NCBI GenBank assembly: GCA_977020255.1
Contig: CDROCS010002105.1
Location: forward strand, 372,001 to 436,000
Direction: 5' to 3'
Length of the DNA: 64,000 nucleotides
Source: Obrimoposthia wandeli
Taxonomy: Eukaryota
Shown here one piece after another: positions 48,761-59,245 of this stretch. Made by a program: the position numbers and the translations under genes. Each line of letters opens with the position of its first letter. Position 1 is the stretch's first letter. Under the pieces are notes generated by a model. The model worked only from the letters and a program-made list of their open reading frames with translations. It was not told where the DNA came from and did no database searches.

Positions 48761-50572
48761 ATGCAAGCTCAACCCTCGTCAAATGAGACAATTAAAATCA
48801 AAAGCTCTCAGCCTAATGAAAACGTCAAAAAACTGAGCATTTTATTTGAGTTAGTGAAGTTTGTTCGTCCTTATAAAAGGCGGGTCGCGGCTGCACTCGT
48901 CGCGCTAATCTTTACGGCTTCTCTTACTTTATCTATAGGCCATGGTATACGTATTCTGGTTGACGAAGGATTTACTCAACAATCAATACAAGATCTAGGC
49001 AGTGCTATTCAATTTATTCTTACGATAACAGTGCTTATTTCAATCGGGACATTCTTTAGGTTCTATTTAGTTTCTTCAGTGGGTGAGCGAGTCAGTGCCG
49101 ATATAAGGCTTGCGGTGTTTAATCACGTCATTACTTTGCATCCCAGCTATTTTGAAATCAATGGTAGTGGTGACATTATGTCGCGTATCACTACTGATAC
49201 CACCTTGCTACAGAGCATCATTGGTTCTTCATTTTCGATGGCGATGCGCAGTGCATTAATGTGTGTAGGTGCAATAATCATGTTATTTGCGACCAACATA
49301 AAACTAACATTAATTGTATTAGCATCGGTGCCATTCATCCTTGTACCGATACTGGTATATGGGCGTCGTGTAAGAGCGTTGTCACGCCAGAGCCAAGATT
49401 CGATGGCCGATGTTGGGAGTTATGCGGGTGAAGCTATCGAGCATATTAAGACCGTTCAAAGTTACAGTCACGAAGCGCAAGAAAGAGAGTCTTTTTCTAA
49501 TGAAGTAGAAAAGGCATTCGAAATTGGACGCCAGCGCGTTAAGCAGCGTGCCATTTTGATCTCAGGTGTGATTGTGATTGTTTTCAGTGCCATTGCAGGC
49601 ATGCTTTGGGTGGGTGGTAGCGATGTCATTAACGGTACTATGTCGGCTGGTGACTTAGGTGCTTTTGTCTTCTATGCGATCATCGTCGCTTCTTCATTGG
49701 CGACTATTTCAGAAGTTTTAGGTGAATTACAACGAGCCGCAGGCGCGACAGAAAGGTTAATTGAAATACTCCAAGTAGAAAGTCATATTGTGGCTCCTAG
49801 CCAAAACATCACATCTCCTCAAGCGCTTTCTGCTGAAGTGGCATTTGACGATGTCACTTTCCACTATCCCTCAAGGCCGGATCAAGCTGCCGCTGAACAT
49901 CTAACTCTGACTGCTGAAGAAGGCAAAGTTCTTGCGCTTGTTGGCCCCTCAGGTGCAGGAAAAACAACACTGTTTGAACTATTGCAGCGCTTTTATGACC
50001 CTCAATCAGGTAAAGTCACACTAGGTGGCGTCGATATTCGTCAGTTTGATCCGCATGAACTACGTAAACAAATGGCACTTGTACCACAACAGCCTGCGCT
50101 ATTTAGCCATGATGTTTTCCATAATATTCGTTATGGCAACCCACAAGCGACGGATGAACAAGTGATTGAAGCAGCTAAAAAGGCGCATGCACATGAGTTC
50201 ATCATGAGTTTACCGCAAGGGTACAACAGTTTCCTTGGTGAACGAGGGGTTAGGCTTTCTGGTGGTCAACGTCAGCGTATTGCCATCGCAAGAGCCATTT
50301 TAAAAGATCCGAATATATTATTACTTGATGAGGCCACTAGTGCATTAGACAGCGAGAGTGAACACCATGTTCAACAAGCATTGGAAGAGTTGATGCGCGG
50401 CAGAACGACGTTAATTATTGCTCACCGTCTTTCAACCATTCAACATGCCGACCAAATTGCAGTATTGGATCAAGGACGCTTGGTTGATATCGGAGATCAT
50501 CGTTCACTACTAAAAAGCTGTGACTTATACCAACGCTTGGTAGAACTACAATTCAAACGTATGAGTCGTTAA
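48761..50572 (+). CDS. ABC exporter, fused permease/ATP-binding protein (MsbA-related)
   Basis: Six TM segments, GPSGAGKTT, VPQ, LSGGQRQRIAIARA, LLLDEATSALD, IAHRL. Confidence 0.93.
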   Translation: MQAQPSSNETIKIKSSQPNENVKKLSILFELVKFVRPYKRRVAAALVALIFTASLTLSIGHGIRILVDEGFTQQSIQDLGSAIQFILTITVLISIGTFFRFYLVSSVGERVSADIRLAVFNHVITLHPSYFEINGSGDIMSRITTDTTLLQSIIGSSFSMAMRSALMCVGAIIMLFATNIKLTLIVLASVPFILVPILVYGRRVRALSRQSQDSMADVGSYAGEAIEHIKTVQSYSHEAQERESFSNEVEKAFEIGRQRVKQRAILISGVIVIVFSAIAGMLWVGGSDVINGTMSAGDLGAFVFYAIIVASSLATISEVLGELQRAAGATERLIEILQVESHIVAPSQNITSPQALSAEVAFDDVTFHYPSRPDQAAAEHLTLTAEEGKVLALVGPSGAGKTTLFELLQRFYDPQSGKVTLGGVDIRQFDPHELRKQMALVPQQPALFSHDVFHNIRYGNPQATDEQVIEAAKKAHAHEFIMSLPQGYNSFLGERGVRLSGGQRQRIAIARAILKDPNILLLDEATSALDSESEHHVQQALEELMRGRTTLIIAHRLSTIQHADQIAVLDQGRLVDIGDHRSLLKSCDLYQRLVELQFKRMSR

Positions 50573-50754
50573 CGCGGTAATACTTTAAAGGTATTTTATT
50601 GGTGAGTATTACGCCTTTACCGATAAGTATTACCCCCCAAAAGTGTTTGAAAGCTTCGCTTACTTTATACTTGGTTACTTTGTGTTTTAAGCCACATTTT
50701 TTTCAACAAATTACTTCTATACTAATGGGTAATCCGACAGAAGAGGGAATGCCG

Positions 50755-51012
50755 ATGCTAAATGAAAACCATGCCTTTATCTTAGATTTTCCTGAACTTA
50801 CAGCAGATATTGTTCAGCTCAACCACGATGATCCAACATTCAAAGCCAATCTTCAGCAGTATCATCAACTGGATTACGATATCCGTCAGCTGGAGATATC
50901 AGGTAGTCCGATTGATGATGACAACATGAACGATCTAAAGCTTAAGCGTGTAGAGTTAAAAGACATGTTATATAAGCAGCTAACCAAGCATCATGAGCAA
51001 GCAAGCAATTAA
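50755..51012 (+). CDS. YdcH/DUF465 family small protein
   Basis: H....DFPE....I..L...D..F......Y..LD..I...E......DD.....LK.KR..LKD.LY; start about 50755. Confidence 0.8.
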   Translation: MLNENHAFILDFPELTADIVQLNHDDPTFKANLQQYHQLDYDIRQLEISGSPIDDDNMNDLKLKRVELKDMLYKQLTKHHEQASN

Positions 51013-51260
51013 CCCATTTGAACATGCAAAGTGTTTGTGTCATCAAGGGTTGTTAGTCAGATTTTCACATGATGTATATGACAATCCCTTAATCCAGATT
51101 AAGGATTGTCATCTGTATTGTCGGTAATATATGCCATTGCTGATCGCACATAGCAATAATGGACAAAAAAAGAACAGCCATGCTTATTGTATGGCTGTTT
51201 TTTTTATTCCTTTATAACGCTGATGAATAAGACTAAACACGATTTTTAAGAGGATTAGAC

Positions 51261-52373
51261 TTGAGTACTTTGTTTACAGAAACCCGTATTGGCAACATGA
51301 CATTAAAGAACCGCTTTATTCGAAGTGCTACGTGGGAAAATATGGCGACAGAAGAGGGCCATATGACGGATAAGTTATATGCCATCTACGAAGAACTCGC
51401 GAAAGGGGAAGTTGGTCTAATTGTAACGGGCTATGCAAATATTGTAGAAGAAGAGAAGCCAAATGCCGGCATGATGGGAATGTACAATGATTCCTTTATC
51501 GGTGAATACAAAAAGCTGACCGAGTTGGTACACAGCAATGATTCTAAAATAGTGATGCAACTTGCCTACGGTGGCACAAAAACCACTCACAATGTCGGTG
51601 AAAGGGTGATCTATGCACCGAGTGAAGTGTGCGAAAAAGGCACACAAACATTAGGCAAAGCGATGACCAAGGACGAAATAGATTATATCGTTCAGGCATT
51701 TGCTCAAGCAAGCCGCAGAGCCCAAGAATCAGGATTTGATGGGGTCGAAATACACGCGGCACATACCTATTTAATCAATCAGTTCTTAAGCCCTTATTAC
51801 AATCGAAGAGAAGATCAATATGGTGGTAGCCTAGATAATCGAATGAGATTGTTATTAGAGATCTATGCTGAAATAAGAAAACTTGTCGGTGATGAGTATC
51901 CGATATTAGTTAAATTGACGGCATCTGAGTTTTTTGAGGGTGGCATAACCTTTGATGAAACACGCATTGTTTGTAAAAAACTAGAAGCGATTGGCGTGAA
52001 TGCAATCATCATCTCAGGCAATATCCATGGTAAGGCTAATACCATGATTGGCGAGTCTTTTGATGGATATACTATTCAACAAGAAGGCTATTTCCATGAA
52101 TATGGGCATGCTATTAGCGAAGAGGTGAAGGTTCCCGTTATTACCGTCGGCGGATTAACGGATATTGATGCGATAGAAGATATTGCGAATAAAACCAATA
52201 TTCAATACTTTGCTCTTTCAAGACCTTTGTTATCTGAACCGCATTTAATTAAGCGCTGGAAAGAAGGCAACAGAGCGCCAGTTGAATGTGAAAGGTGCTC
52301 AAAATGTCGCACAAGACGTGGCAATTTCTGTGTTGTTAATAAGGAAAGAAAATCGCTATTAGCTAGCTTGTAA
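51261..52373 (+). CDS. NADH:flavin oxidoreductase (Old Yellow Enzyme family)
   Basis: LKNRFIRSAT, GFDGVEIHAAHTYLINQFLSP..N.R.DQYGGSL.NR.R, LSRPLLSEP, C-terminal CxxCxxC. Confidence 0.92.
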   Translation: MSTLFTETRIGNMTLKNRFIRSATWENMATEEGHMTDKLYAIYEELAKGEVGLIVTGYANIVEEEKPNAGMMGMYNDSFIGEYKKLTELVHSNDSKIVMQLAYGGTKTTHNVGERVIYAPSEVCEKGTQTLGKAMTKDEIDYIVQAFAQASRRAQESGFDGVEIHAAHTYLINQFLSPYYNRREDQYGGSLDNRMRLLLEIYAEIRKLVGDEYPILVKLTASEFFEGGITFDETRIVCKKLEAIGVNAIIISGNIHGKANTMIGESFDGYTIQQEGYFHEYGHAISEEVKVPVITVGGLTDIDAIEDIANKTNIQYFALSRPLLSEPHLIKRWKEGNRAPVECERCSKCRTRRGNFCVVNKERKSLLASL

Positions 52374-52657
52374 AATAAGCAGCACTATATCTCTGCCCAG
52401 TACCGAGTCAGCAAATCATTGCTGACTCATTCTTGTCCCAAATACTTTCTGATAATGGGGGTTACGTGGATAAATATTCAATGGCGAAACTAATATTTAA
52501 TCCAAAAATTACTTTTATTTTTAGTGCTTTATTTTTTATGATGTATATTAATAATATGTTTAATATTACACAGCTTTAACCATATCGTATAATGTGACTG
52601 TTAAGCGCAATGGATACTTACCAATGAAATGGAATTTACTTTTAGAATGGATCTAAA

Positions 52658-54202
52658 ATGCTTGAGTTAGATATCCGCACTCTATACATTGTAATGGCTC
52701 TTATCGCTATTGGTTCTGCTGTCGCTTTGATTTCTCTGTGGCGATCGCAGTCTCGGCGTAACGGCGCTGGTTTCTGGGCTACGGGGATGTCCTGTATTGC
52801 CGTAGCCAGTGTCTTAATCTATGGGCGCGGAAGTATTTCAGACGTCCTTTCTATTGTTGTCGCTAATTCGCTTTATGTGGTTGGATTTCTGCTTATCTTA
52901 CGGGGAATTCGAGTTTTTTCTGGTCGTCCTCCATTATTGTTTTTTGATTTTAGTTTGCCTCCCATTACTGCTGTGCTCTTCTATTATTTCAGCCACGTCG
53001 AACAAAATATAACGATCAGAATAGCCGTTGCATCTATAAGCTATATGATCATTTGCTTTGCTATTGCTGTCACTTTGTTGCGTGATAAAAATGCACCTTG
53101 GCGAACCGCCGGATTCGCAGTGGTTACCGTGTTTAGCTTATTTGGTATTTTCCATGGCATTAGAGGCGTCGTAGCACTGCTATCTCCTTTTGATCATGGT
53201 TTGATGCAGACTAATATTTCTTCGTCATTAGTCGTTTTAGGTGGGCTCTTTATCCTTTGGGGGAGTGCTATCACGCTTATCTTACTGACTCGCGCAACCT
53301 TAGAATCCGAACTTCGAATTGCTTCTCTTGCCGTTAACCAATCAGCTTCATCGATAATTATTACCGATACTGCGGGATCCATTGAATATGTCAATCCGGC
53401 CTTTACGGAGAAAACAGGGTATTCCCTAGAAGAACTGCTTGGCAAAAACCCTCGAATTTTATGTTCTGGAAATACGGCCGCTGAAGAATACGCGGCTCTT
53501 TGGCGAGCGCTGTCTGCCGGGGATAGTTGGCGGGGAGAATTCCATAACCGTAAAAAAAATGGTGAGCTATTTTGGGAAATTGCATCGATAGCACCGGTTA
53601 AACAAAGAAATGGCAAAATTAATCATTATGTTGCGGTGAAGGAAGATATCACAGCGCTGAAAAATGCCGAGAAACGCATACTTCATATGGCTAATCATGA
53701 TGCTTTAACAGGGCTACCTACGCGGTTACTTTCTATGGATTATCTGGTGAACAACTTGGCAATCGCGAGACTGAACAACACAACGGCGGCAGTTTTGTTT
53801 GTTGATATTGATGGCTTTAAAATGGTGAATGATACTTTCGGGCATGATGCTGGTGATCATGTTCTAAAGGAAACTGCAGATCGGCTTTGTTCCTGTGTTC
53901 GGGAGGCTGATACGGTAGCCCGTGTTGGTGGTGATGAATTCTGGGTTCTACTAACGAACGCGCCTAACAAAAACTGCATTATAACTGTTGCAGAAACGCT
54001 GATTAAAGCGGTAGCAGAACCGTACAAATGGGAGAGCGAAGAGATAAAGATTAGTGCCAGCATTGGTATTGCTTTATACCCTGATCATGGAGTAAGTCCT
54101 CAGGCGTTAGTCAATTTGGCAGACCAAGCGATGTACGAAATAAAACGGCAAGGGAAAAATAATTATGCGTTCGCAGAAACAATTACCGAACTTGTTCAGT
54201 AG
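52658..54202 (+). CDS. Membrane-bound PAS-domain diguanylate cyclase
   Basis: About 7 TM segments, PAS (YVNPAF...TGY...ELLGKNPRIL..G, W.GEF.NRKK.GE.FW), HDALTGLP, I-site RxxD (READ) and intact GGDEF. Confidence 0.92.
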   Translation: MLELDIRTLYIVMALIAIGSAVALISLWRSQSRRNGAGFWATGMSCIAVASVLIYGRGSISDVLSIVVANSLYVVGFLLILRGIRVFSGRPPLLFFDFSLPPITAVLFYYFSHVEQNITIRIAVASISYMIICFAIAVTLLRDKNAPWRTAGFAVVTVFSLFGIFHGIRGVVALLSPFDHGLMQTNISSSLVVLGGLFILWGSAITLILLTRATLESELRIASLAVNQSASSIIITDTAGSIEYVNPAFTEKTGYSLEELLGKNPRILCSGNTAAEEYAALWRALSAGDSWRGEFHNRKKNGELFWEIASIAPVKQRNGKINHYVAVKEDITALKNAEKRILHMANHDALTGLPTRLLSMDYLVNNLAIARLNNTTAAVLFVDIDGFKMVNDTFGHDAGDHVLKETADRLCSCVREADTVARVGGDEFWVLLTNAPNKNCIITVAETLIKAVAEPYKWESEEIKISASIGIALYPDHGVSPQALVNLADQAMYEIKRQGKNNYAFAETITELVQ

Positions 54203-54388
54203 ACACTGAGTATTTTTCAGCTGCTTTGAAATAGTTGTGTTTTGCAGCTTTTCGTCATCATTTTACATGTAAAAATATATTCAACATCTTGTTTGTATGA
54301 GAGCAAATAGATATAGGCCGTTGAACATATCTTTAAACATTACAAGACACCGCTAGAGATCATTTATCAAAATATTGGCTTTTCTTAT

Positions 54389-54636
54389 ATAACCGATTTT
54401 CTAATCGGCAGATATCATTGGTTATCAGTTGGGAATTATAAAGAAGACTTATTATAAAGCTTGTTAAGGCATCTTTTGTTAAAAAGTATGAGCTCAGCAC
54501 CAGCTTTATTCTTGCGCTTGACGATAATGGGAAAGAAATAAAGTCTAAGCAGCAAGACATCATTATTTGGGATTCAAATGGTGATGCAGCAATTTTCCGC
54601 GATGGTGATGTTGTCATTTCTTGTTGTGCTGGTTAA
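54389..54636 (+). pseudogene. Frameshifted remnant of a DUF6602-like (putative nuclease) gene
   Basis: One frame gives LIGRYHWLSVGNYKEDLL*; a shifted frame gives KKYELSTSFIL...SKQQDIIIWDS...IFRDGDVVI; this matches the family pattern H...G.YKE.LL...Y....GF.....S.Q.DIII.D. Confidence 0.55.
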
Positions 54637-54902
54637 ATCGTATGGTTTTTCCGAGTTAGAGATTATTAATCTAACTCGGAAATATTCACTTTCATGTGGT
54701 CCCATTTTTAATGAGTTTTAACCGAGTGGAATAAGTATCATTGAAACTAATATCTACACCCAGCACGCATTAACAATATAAGGACATAGGCTATGTCTAA
54801 ATCAGCGACTCAAGCTATGCCGTGCCTACTAGAGACATGGCACTTATCAGAGTCATGGATTGGGTGTTTAATTTGCCATTCTGGCAGTTTTAGGAGAATA
54901 AA

Positions 54903-55139
54903 ATGAAAACATTTAAAGTCTTGGGTTCCGGTTGTGCAAACTGTGTGGACACCGTTAAATTGATCAAAAAAGTAGCCTCTAAACAAGGAATTGACGTCAG
55001 CGTTGAAAAAGTTACAGATTTGGAAACTATTATGAATTATGGCGTTATGTCGACGCGCGGAGTGGTCATGGACGAAAAGGTCGTGCATTCGGGAGGGATT
55101 CCGAAAACCGATGCAATCGTCGCATGGTTGAATGCATAG
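54903..55139 (+). CDS. Small thioredoxin-like redox protein (MTH895/ars-operon type)
   Basis: KVLGSGCANC, VEKVTD...IMNYGVMST..VV.DEKVVHSG.IP; GGAG RBS. Confidence 0.85.
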   Translation: MKTFKVLGSGCANCVDTVKLIKKVASKQGIDVSVEKVTDLETIMNYGVMSTRGVVMDEKVVHSGGIPKTDAIVAWLNA

Positions 55140-55149
55140 TTAAACGGGT

Positions 55150-55290
55150 TGCGATTAATGCAGCCCATTTTGCTACATCGGCCTGTTCGAGGCGAACCTT
55201 TATTCGCCAATTTCACAATGCTACGTCACTACGCATGCATTTTAAGAAACGGTTTAACGTCAGCCTAATGAATGGCGAAAAACATTTCAT
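55150..55290 (+). pseudogene. Internally deleted GlxA/FtrA-type AraC regulator remnant
   Basis: SRRTFIRQFHNAT joined directly to SLRMHFKKRFNVS; shares 32/35 nt with 61792-61826. Confidence 0.5.
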
Positions 55291-55500
55291 GGCTTCGGAA
55301 AAGAAAAGCCGCGATCCATGTGACGGTTTCACATGACTGAATATATTGCCAAACACCACAATATTCAGGCGATTTATCGCCAACGAAACGAATATCTGTA
55401 TTTAGTATTCTATTACTCTATAAAGCTCACCTATAACAGCGTAGGATCAAGCAACTTTAGATAAAAGCAGGTTTGCACTCAGGTGCACTAAGAGAAAATC

Positions 55501-56838
55501 ATGAAACTAACAGAAAAAGCATCACTTAATCATGCTTTACTTATTTCTATTTGCACACCGCAGTTTAAAGGCGATGAGGCAAAAGACTCACTTGCAGAAC
55601 TTGCTCGTTTAGTGACTACTCTAGGGTTTAAAGTCGTCGGTACGCAGTCGCAAAAGCAAACATCGACCCAAAGAGTGAATGTTCTGGGTTCAGGTAAATT
55701 GGTTGAAATAGCGCACCTCACTGGTAACAAAGGTTTGGTTGAAGAAGCAGATGAAAGCGATGTTATTGATGAGACGCCATTTGCTGATATCCCTTCAGAA
55801 GACCTGCCGTTTTCATGTGCTGATGTGGTGGTATTTGATTGCGATTTAAGTCCATCACAGCTGCGTAATGTAGAGAACCAATTAGGCGTACAAGTGTATG
55901 ACCGAACGGGCATTATCATTGAAATCTTTAGTCGTCATGCTCGTACCCGAACAGCACGATTACAAGTTGAAATGGCGCGCCTTAATTATGTAGCGCCGCG
56001 ACTTAGAGAGTCCACAATTGGTGATAATGAACGCCAAATGGGTAAAGGCGCAGGTGAAACAAACCTAGAGCTAGACCGCCGTAAAGTACGTGATCAATTA
56101 GCTGAACTAAAGCGCGAGTTGGCGAGTGTTCAAGATGAAATGAAAGGTCGCCGAACCCAGCGTTCTGAACTTTTTTGTGTCGCTTTGGTTGGTTATACCA
56201 ATGCGGGCAAGTCATCAATGATGCGAGCTATCACCGGTAGTGAAGTATTAGTAGAAGACAAGCTTTTTGCAACACTTGATACCACCGTACGTGCGTTGTA
56301 TCCAGCTACTCAGCCGCGAATATTAGTTTCAGATACAGTCGGTTTTATTAAAAAATTACCTCACGATTTAGTTGCCTCATTTCATTCAACCTTAGCAGAA
56401 GCCCATGATGCTTCATTGTTGTTGTATGTGGTTGATGCTTCAGATTCTTCTTTTCGTTCACAACTTGAGGTCGTACATGAGGTACTGAAAGAAGTGGGCG
56501 TTGAGGGGGCAAAAAAATTACTGGTACTGAATAAAGCAGATCAACTGAACATTGAGCAACGACAGGCACTGATGGAAGAGTTTCCTGATGCCATGATGAC
56601 TTCAACTCGTAACCCTTTTGATATTGCTAAATTGCATAAGTATATCGTTGGCGTTTCTGAGCATGAGATGATTGAAGATGAGATCATTATTCCTTATACC
56701 GCGAAAGGTATCATCGGTGAAATTCGCTCTAGCATGAGTGTCACTAAGGAAGAGTACGAGTATAGTCATATTAAATTTACCGTACGCTCAAACGCGATTG
56801 ATTTAGCAAGGTTAAAAAAGTTAATGCTGAATTTATAA
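55501..56838 (+). CDS. hflX: GTPase HflX (stand-alone copy)
   Basis: DRTGIIIEIF..HART..ARLQVE.ARL.Y..PRL, GAGET.LE.DRR, VALVGYTNAGKSS, LFATLD, DTVGFI..LPH.LV..F.STL.E, NKAD. Confidence 0.93.
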   Translation: MKLTEKASLNHALLISICTPQFKGDEAKDSLAELARLVTTLGFKVVGTQSQKQTSTQRVNVLGSGKLVEIAHLTGNKGLVEEADESDVIDETPFADIPSEDLPFSCADVVVFDCDLSPSQLRNVENQLGVQVYDRTGIIIEIFSRHARTRTARLQVEMARLNYVAPRLRESTIGDNERQMGKGAGETNLELDRRKVRDQLAELKRELASVQDEMKGRRTQRSELFCVALVGYTNAGKSSMMRAITGSEVLVEDKLFATLDTTVRALYPATQPRILVSDTVGFIKKLPHDLVASFHSTLAEAHDASLLLYVVDASDSSFRSQLEVVHEVLKEVGVEGAKKLLVLNKADQLNIEQRQALMEEFPDAMMTSTRNPFDIAKLHKYIVGVSEHEMIEDEIIIPYTAKGIIGEIRSSMSVTKEEYEYSHIKFTVRSNAIDLARLKKLMLNL

Positions 56839-57039
56839 AGAGGCAAGTGTGAACTGCCACCGCCATAATAGAAAACCTCTCACTTTAGGTTGTTATTTAG
56901 CCTTAGTCGAGAGGCTCTTGTTTATCAATTAACGGTGAGTTCTCTTATTAATTGAATCTATAATAACTCTCTCATAAATCACCATTAATTAAAGTTGATT
57001 AGAAAATAGACTCATTAACTTCTCAATTACATTTTATTT

Positions 57040-57417
57040 TTACCCTTTATTCAAATCTTCTTTCATTTGAATAAAGGGATTTATGCTGCTTAACCCAACT
57101 ATTTTTGTGTCATTAGCCATATGAACTGTCCATGTCGCACCGTTGCATTCCCAAGTAATGCCACCGACTTGATCTGCCATGACCTTTACATAATCTGATT
57201 TCAGAAAGCGAAATAAATACAGCGGCAAGTTGACCAGATTTGTTGGTCGGTTAAAAATTAATGGGACAAGATAACTTTCACGATCATTAGCGTGTACTGG
57301 TTTTAATTTTATAAGTTCGACGCCATGCCCGTCATATAATTTTTTAAATAATAATACGAGAATTACATAACAAGTGAACGTAGCTATAGCATTGAATATA
57401 CCTAATAATTCTTGCAT
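57040..57417 (-). CDS. Hypothetical protein with N-terminal hydrophobic helix
   Basis: 125-aa ORF with GAGGG RBS; no family recognised. Confidence 0.5.
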   Translation of the reverse strand: MQELLGIFNAIATFTCYVILVLLFKKLYDGHGVELIKLKPVHANDRESYLVPLIFNRPTNLVNLPLYLFRFLKSDYVKVMADQVGGITWECNGATWTVHMANDTKIVGLSSINPFIQMKEDLNKG

Positions 57418-57855
57418 CTTCCCTCGCTTAGAACCTAACTGTTTAATGAACTGTCATTCCCCTTACCTTGGTATTTTCCACTATCACAAAATTAAAAAAA
57501 CGCGTTGGTGTCTCATAATATAAAGAAAGTTGTTACCGCCACCAAACCAATCCCCAATATGTAAGCAAAAGATGCAATAGACTATGGCAATTGTAAACTC
57601 GCATCAGATTAACCAATGCGAGATAAACAGTAACTACGTTTATATTTTATAAAGCACATCACGAAAAATGGGTATTTCGTCTGCCGTTTTATCGACCTGT
57701 CTCACTTGGTGTCAGCCCACCATTATTTGATGGGTAACCCCTTAATATCGAATACCTCCTTTGCATACTCTTCTTCATGCAACCAGGATCGAGCAGTATC
57801 AGGTAGTCCATCTCTACGATTAACCCTGAAACTAACGCCATCAAACATGGAATTA

Positions 57856-58227
57856 CTAAATTTCTTTCATGGCTGAAATGACCGAAGGATCATTGATCAG
57901 ATTAAATAACAGGCTCTTTGCTGATGTTCTCTGGGCATCTGATAAGACCTTCTTTGGGTTCTCTCTGGATTGTGTAAGTATGCTTGTGATGAACTTGCTG
58001 TTAGTACCGGATAGTTCATACACAAACCTGAGAGTGTCTAGCAACTCACCCTGAGGCAAACTATAAACAGCCATCTCACAACTAAGGCCATCCATGGAAA
58101 GAAAGTTGTTTACTACCACCTTATGCTCAGCCTTGAACTTCTCTTTGGCTTTATAGGCATCAATCAAAGCCTGCACTCTATCGGCGATAGCTACAGGCAC
58201 TTCCATTGTTTTAGTTTCATGAGTCAT
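57856..58227 (-). CDS. Hypothetical protein, possibly with an RHH-like N-terminus (mobile-element type)
   Basis: 123 aa, AGGAG RBS, TKTMEVPVAIADRVQALI. Confidence 0.55.
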   Translation of the reverse strand: MTHETKTMEVPVAIADRVQALIDAYKAKEKFKAEHKVVVNNFLSMDGLSCEMAVYSLPQGELLDTLRFVYELSGTNSKFITSILTQSRENPKKVLSDAQRTSAKSLLFNLINDPSVISAMKEI

Positions 58228-58912
58228 TACTGATTCTCCTGCTTTAGCTGGGATTTACCTACAGCCTTGGCAATTTGGGTATGGTTCTTTCCTGACAATT
58301 AGCGCTTCTTTCACTTTTCTTCAAACAACCTACATTTTCAAGCCTCTGTTTATAAACAAATTATCTTTTAGGCGTTTGTAAGTATAGCCATTTAGATGTC
58401 TTTCTGCGCTTTCGATCGCTTTTCTGCTCTTATGCTTTTCTAGCAAAATTTGGCTAGGAGATCATTAATGCGGAAAACCGCCATTTATAAATCAAAACGT
58501 TATCGTAGAAAAACAGAAGCGAGGAAAAAAAGTTAAGCCAATAACGCGGAATTATGGCAAAAACAGAGAAGAGCGGAATTCTAAGCCTTAATGTCAAAAA
58601 AAACGGTTTAAAAGTTATATTAGTACTAATATAGACTGTTTTATCAAAATATCAACAGTAAATAAATTAACTTAAAATCAATTAGTTATATTGTTAAATA
58701 GACTGAAATCAAATGCAGAGGGTAGAAAAGACTTAAAGCAGTCATTCGACTGTTTTTTTACAGAAAGGTTTGTACTTCGTGCTTTTGTATGAGCTAAATA
58801 ATTCTGAATTGATGGCGATGCAATGCGTTCTCCCAAAGAAGCACAGTATCGTTCAAAATATTGAGATTCTCTAAGTTTGTCCAGTATTGTGGGTATCCGT
58901 AAATCAATACCA

Positions 58913-59245
58913 TCATTGGTCAAGATAAACAACTAATAAGTCGGTCTCAACGGCATTTGCCAATTTGGGCACAAATGAGAATAGACGACTCAAAAATTTA
59001 TGATGGTGGCCACAAACAACTAAATCGATATCCATCTCTTTAACTATTCCTGAGAGTTTTATATGGAGATCGCCTATGACGACCAAGGTGTCTGTAATCG
59101 GATAATCACTCTGATCTGCCAGCGTTTGTAACTCTTTCTGTAATGTCAGTTTTTCTTTTTGTGTCAAAACCACCTTATCAACATCCACAAAAACAAATGA
59201 AAGTTTGCAATTAGCGTCTTTAGCTAATGAGGCCGCTTTATCAAA
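58913..59245 (-). pseudogene. 5'-truncated universal stress protein (UspA family)
   Basis: DKAASLAKDANCKLSFVFVD...DIDLVVCGHHH...DLLVV; the first strand/helix (about 15-20 aa) is replaced by intron-derived sequence. Confidence 0.8.

Noticed and set aside
54793-54895. Collapsed permease gene (start fused to end) upstream of the thioredoxin-like gene
   Set aside because: There is an RBS, an ATG and a short hydrophobic tail in another frame, but too little sequence to support the call without a search.
58678-58932. 84-aa ORF as an integrase N-terminal fragment
   Set aside because: Only a vague resemblance (SIQNYL); no catalytic motifs, and it overlaps the uspA 3' end.
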